Assembly: GCA_964478735.1 (NCBI GenBank)
Contig: CAYZJB010000004.1
Coordinates: forward strand, 15,480 to 79,479
Direction: 5' to 3'
Length of the DNA stretch: 64,000 nt
Source: an uncultured Bacteroidota bacterium
Lineage (GTDB): Bacteria > CLD3 > SB21
The notes beneath the pieces are model-generated. The model saw only the letters and a program-made list of their open reading frames with translations, was not told the origin of the DNA and searched no databases. Numbering within the stretch: position 1 is the stretch's first letter; the number at the start of each line of letters is the position of its first letter. Positions 60,729 to 64,000 of this stretch are shown here, piece after piece. The position numbers and the translations under genes are program-made.

Positions 60729-62195
60729 TCAATTCAGGTCGACCCAGACCGACTTGACCTGCGTGTAAAATTCGTAAATGGCTTCCATGCCACATTCGCG
60801 CGTAAATCCGGACATTTTATATCCGCCGTAAGGCATGGCCGCGTCGTACATGTTATACGTATTGATCCATACGGTTCCCGCCTTGATCCGGCGGGCCAGC
60901 GTATGCGCCTTTTTGATGTCCCGCGTCCATATTCCGGCCGCCAGTCCGTAATAGGTATCATTGGCGACCTTCACCGCATCGTCAAAGTCTTTGAATTTCA
61001 GGCAAGAGAGGACGGGGCCGAAAATTTCATCCGTCGCGATTTTCATGTTGTTCGTCACGTTCCCGAAGACGGTCGGTTGGAAAAAGTAGCCTTCCGTACC
61101 GATGCGCTGGCCTCCGGCAAGAAGTTGTGCTCCTTCGGATTTGCCGGCGTCGACGTAGGTCGAAACCTTGCGCAGTTGTACATCCGACGTCAGAGGTCCG
61201 AGCCGCGTTTCGGGATGAAGCGGATCGCCCGGCGCCATCTTGGCGGCGCGGGCCGCAAGTTTGTCGACGAACGCGTCGTACACGGATTCCTCGATCAGGA
61301 GGCGGGAACCGGCCGTACAGACTTCGCCTTTGTTGTAAAAGATCGCGGCCGCGGCCATCTTGACTGTCGTATCGATGTCCGAATCCGCAAAAACAATGTT
61401 AGGACTCTTGCCGCCGAGTTCCAACGACAGGCGTTTCATCGTCTGGGCGGCAACCCGCATGATGTCTTGCCCGGTCGTCGTCGATCCGGTAAATGCAATA
61501 CCGTCGACCCGCGGATGGGCGACCAGCGCTGTGCCTGCGGTTTTTCCAAAACCGGTCACGACATTAAAAACGCCTTCAGGAAAACCGGCTTCTGCGACGA
61601 GTTGAGCGAGTTTGAGTGTGCTGAGCGGTGTGAATTCCGACGGCTTGACCACAACCGTATTGCCCGCGGCAAGTGCGGCTGCAATTTTACGTGCGGCCGT
61701 AATCAGGGGGAAGTTCCAAGGGATGATCAAACCGACCACGCCAAGGGGTTCTCGAAGCGTATAGTTGAAAAAGTTTCCGTTGACCGGTATGGTTTCTCCC
61801 TCGATTTTGGTCGCGGCACCGGCATAGTAGGAAAAAATGTCGGCCGTAATCGGAATTTCGATATTCGTAGTCTCAGATATCGGTTTACCGCAATCGATCG
61901 TTTCGAGATAGGCAAGTTCCTGTGCATTTTCACTGATCAATTCACTCAGTTTCCAAAGCAGTTTTCCTCTTTTACTCGCACTTGTCGTTGACCACTTCCC
62001 GCTGTCGAATGCCATACGTGCCGCCTGAACGGCTTTATCGATATCTGCTGCTTCTCCAGCGGCGATAGAAGCAATTGCTTTACCCGTTGCGGGATTTATT
62101 GTCTCAAAAGTCAAACCTTGTTGAGACTCACAGAAGGCATTGTTTATAAAAAGCTTAGTCGCCGATATGTCAAAATTCTTAACACTAATTGACAC
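60729..62195 (-). CDS. NAD(P)-dependent aldehyde dehydrogenase
   Basis: ELGGKSP catalytic Glu region, GEVCTAGSR catalytic Cys, 488 aa. Confidence 0.85.
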   Translation of the reverse strand: MSISVKNFDISATKLFINNAFCESQQGLTFETINPATGKAIASIAAGEAADIDKAVQAARMAFDSGKWSTTSASKRGKLLWKLSELISENAQELAYLETIDCGKPISETTNIEIPITADIFSYYAGAATKIEGETIPVNGNFFNYTLREPLGVVGLIIPWNFPLITAARKIAAALAAGNTVVVKPSEFTPLSTLKLAQLVAEAGFPEGVFNVVTGFGKTAGTALVAHPRVDGIAFTGSTTTGQDIMRVAAQTMKRLSLELGGKSPNIVFADSDIDTTVKMAAAAIFYNKGEVCTAGSRLLIEESVYDAFVDKLAARAAKMAPGDPLHPETRLGPLTSDVQLRKVSTYVDAGKSEGAQLLAGGQRIGTEGYFFQPTVFGNVTNNMKIATDEIFGPVLSCLKFKDFDDAVKVANDTYYGLAAGIWTRDIKKAHTLARRIKAGTVWINTYNMYDAAMPYGGYKMSGFTRECGMEAIYEFYTQVKSVWVDLN

Positions 62196-62258
62196 TGGTA
62201 TGGATACTCCGGTAGAAATTAAGATTTGTCAGGTTATGTTATTGTTTTATAACAAAAT

Positions 62259-62288
62259 AAAATAGACAGGGTGTTGTCAAAAGTCAAG
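62259..62288 (-). promoter_or_regulatory. sigma70-like promoter for aldehyde dehydrogenase gene
   Basis: minus strand TTGACT-18 nt-TATTTT, about 60 nt upstream of ATG 62195. Confidence 0.35.
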
Positions 62289-62346
62289 CGGTTTTCTTCG
62301 AATTTAACAAGTTATCCACATGTGTAAATCAAGTTTTACACTTCGA

Positions 62347-63693
62347 CTAATGATTCTTCGTTTGTTCTTTTACCTTCGGCATCAGGTCGTTTTGATTGAT
62401 CTGAAATCGCCACATCACTTTCCCGTCTGCATTTACTGTTTCGATGGTGAGGGTTCGGTTTTTTCGTGGTCCGGAAAACTTGAGCAGCCCGAAATTGTGA
62501 TCGTCGCTGACGAGACTGCTGTCGACGATCATCGGATTGATCAGTTTTTTTGCATTTCGAAAAAGGCCTGCCGTGATGGAGGATGAACTGTAGTCATAAA
62601 AAGGATAAAAATCCGGGTTATCCTGTTTGATCATGACGCTGTGGTGCACGTCGCCGGAGATGAAAAAAACTCCCGGTATGTTGTTGTCCCGGATAAACGT
62701 CAACAAATCTTCACGTTCGAACTTGTGCAAATTGTACGACTCGTGGTCGGTATTTTGATTCACCACCTGGCTGCCGCAAACGATCACTTTGAAAGGAGCA
62801 CGGCTGGTCATCAAACCGTCTTTCAACCACAGCAATTGTTCTTTACCGAGAAACGCCTTGTCCGGTCCGTCCTTCATGCGCTGAGGCGCCCGGTAAAACC
62901 GGTCGTCAAGCATAAAAAAATCGATGTCGTTCCAGGCGAACTGAAAAAAAACACCGGGTACATTTGGAAAACCGTACGCCGGGTTTCCCCAGTACAGTTT
63001 GAACACCTCGAGTGAAGTGAACTTTTGCATGAATCCGCGGTCCGAGTCGTTGGGCCCGTAGTCATGATCGTCCCACGTGGCATACTGAGGGCACATCGAC
63101 AGGATGGGCTGTAGGCCAGGATAGGAACGGGTGTGGCGGTAGCGGTAGAGCATGCCGGAACGTGTGTTCCAGTCGACTTCGCGTAAGTACACATTATCGC
63201 CCATCCATATCATCAGGTCCGGTTTGACCTTTGCCATGGTTTCAAAGATGTGAAAGTCGCTTCCGTACGGTTCTTCCGGACGATCGAATTCCGGCTCATT
63301 GATATAGGCGCAGGAGCCAATCATGGCTGTGAAGTCGGGCGGGTCCGTTCTCCACTCCCACAGAACCTGTGTTTTGAACGTCAGGCTCTGTCGCACGGCC
63401 TTCCCGTTTATAAGCACATCATATGAATAGGCCGTTCCGGGCGACAGTTGACCGATCACTACATGGGCGATAAAATCGCGTTCGGCGAGCGTTTGGATCG
63501 GGATCGTCGTCACCGGTTTCGATTTTCCGCTTTCGGTATAACGAATCTGGACGGACGCTGACGTTTTGGTTTGAACCCATATCAGCACTTCGCGTTTATC
63601 CGCGTATCCGAGCATAGGTCCCGACTGAATGGGATCATCTGCCGCCGCCAGAGTCGAGATGCTGACGAACCACAGCAAAACAAATCGTTTCAT
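62347..63693 (-). CDS. PhoD-like alkaline phosphatase / metallophosphoesterase
   Basis: signal peptide from MKRFVLLWFVS; GDNVYL, ATWDDHDYGPND PhoD motifs; ORF-track upstream extension rejected. Confidence 0.75.
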   Translation of the reverse strand: MKRFVLLWFVSISTLAAADDPIQSGPMLGYADKREVLIWVQTKTSASVQIRYTESGKSKPVTTIPIQTLAERDFIAHVVIGQLSPGTAYSYDVLINGKAVRQSLTFKTQVLWEWRTDPPDFTAMIGSCAYINEPEFDRPEEPYGSDFHIFETMAKVKPDLMIWMGDNVYLREVDWNTRSGMLYRYRHTRSYPGLQPILSMCPQYATWDDHDYGPNDSDRGFMQKFTSLEVFKLYWGNPAYGFPNVPGVFFQFAWNDIDFFMLDDRFYRAPQRMKDGPDKAFLGKEQLLWLKDGLMTSRAPFKVIVCGSQVVNQNTDHESYNLHKFEREDLLTFIRDNNIPGVFFISGDVHHSVMIKQDNPDFYPFYDYSSSSITAGLFRNAKKLINPMIVDSSLVSDDHNFGLLKFSGPRKNRTLTIETVNADGKVMWRFQINQNDLMPKVKEQTKNH

Positions 63694-63773
63694 ACCGACC
63701 TCGTACGTGTGGGTTGAGTAAAACTGGAGGACAGGGTAATCACCGGCGAAGCCTGCCGTCTCGCCGGTGGGCG

Positions 63774-64000
63774 CTACAGTTTCAGCTTCGCGATGTTGTC
63801 CTTGACGTCCTGCGCCGATTTGTTCAACGCGGCCTGTTCGTCGGACGACAACTTCACGTTCAGGATCTGTTCCATCCCTTGACGGCCGATCTTGATCGGA
63901 ACGCCGACGAAAACGTCGCGCAGACCGTATTCTCCCTGCAGCCAGACCGAACACGGGAGCACGCGCTTTTTGTCTCGGACAATCGACTCGATCATTTGAA
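63774..64000 (-). CDS. mdh: malate dehydrogenase, C-terminal part (gene continues beyond window)
   Basis: C-terminal LDH/MDH-like ...GVPIKIGRQGMEQIL...LSSDEQAALNKSAQDVKDNIAKL. Confidence 0.7.
   Translation of the reverse strand, partial: QMIESIVRDKKRVLPCSVWLQGEYGLRDVFVGVPIKIGRQGMEQILNVKLSSDEQAALNKSAQDVKDNIAKLKL

Noticed and set aside
60672-61991. 439 aa plus-strand ORF
   Set aside because: Antisense to aldehyde dehydrogenase
62347-63954. 5' extension of the PhoD-like ORF to a GTG at 63954
   Set aside because: The extension is Arg-rich and overlaps the mdh 3' end; a good signal peptide begins at Met 63693
1-64000. CRISPR arrays, IS elements, integrases, phage genes
   Set aside because: No regularly spaced direct repeats and no transposase or integrase-like ORFs seen; the only repeats are tandem gene paralogs (AbgT, the 47552-48903 pair, GWxTD)

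Overview
This is a densely coding (about 90% by eye), fairly GC-rich bacterial chromosomal segment with roughly 55 protein genes. I found no rRNA, tRNA, CRISPR array, transposase or integrase.

Taxonomic hints. Shine-Dalgarno motifs (AGGAGG, GGAG, GAGGA) are common upstream of starts. Two very large secreted proteins end in T9SS-type C-terminal sorting domains, and two GWxTD-domain paralogs are present. Together this suggests a Shine-Dalgarno-using, non-Bacteroidetes member of the FCB group or an allied candidate phylum; this is inference only.

Housekeeping content:
- hypothetical-bamD-nadD-ABC exporter on the plus strand
- rimO, a THEP1-like NTPase, era, moeA, mutS2
- asnS, engB, lpd, a surA-like PPIase, an aldehyde dehydrogenase, a PhoD-like phosphatase, and mdh (partial at the window end)

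Accessory and unusual content:
1. A Y_Y_Y/propeller sensor kinase plus LuxR regulator directly upstream of an Oar/SusC-architecture TonB-dependent receptor, a 1324 aa T9SS cargo protein, a PorV/PorQ-like barrel, and then a 1236 aa beta-helix T9SS cargo protein.
2. A long minus-strand operon: CDP-alcohol phosphatidyltransferase, myo-inositol-1-phosphate synthase, membrane GAF-PP2C phosphatase, MoxR ATPase, FadB-like enzyme, and a 54 aa double-MshEN-motif mini-protein that the ORF track missed.
3. A 1.3 kb ORF-free stretch (21566-22891) carrying nested inverted copies of a CCYTTCGGGGTT motif, a candidate structured RNA.
4. Two decayed multi-frameshift pseudogenes: a sensor/regulator chimera at 4558-5348, and a TPR plus domain paralog at 47552-48378 next to its intact copy.
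5. Tandem AbgT transporters.
6. An orphan DUF58 gene far from the only MoxR.
7. A 5'-nucleotidase-like protein with substituted metal-binding motifs.
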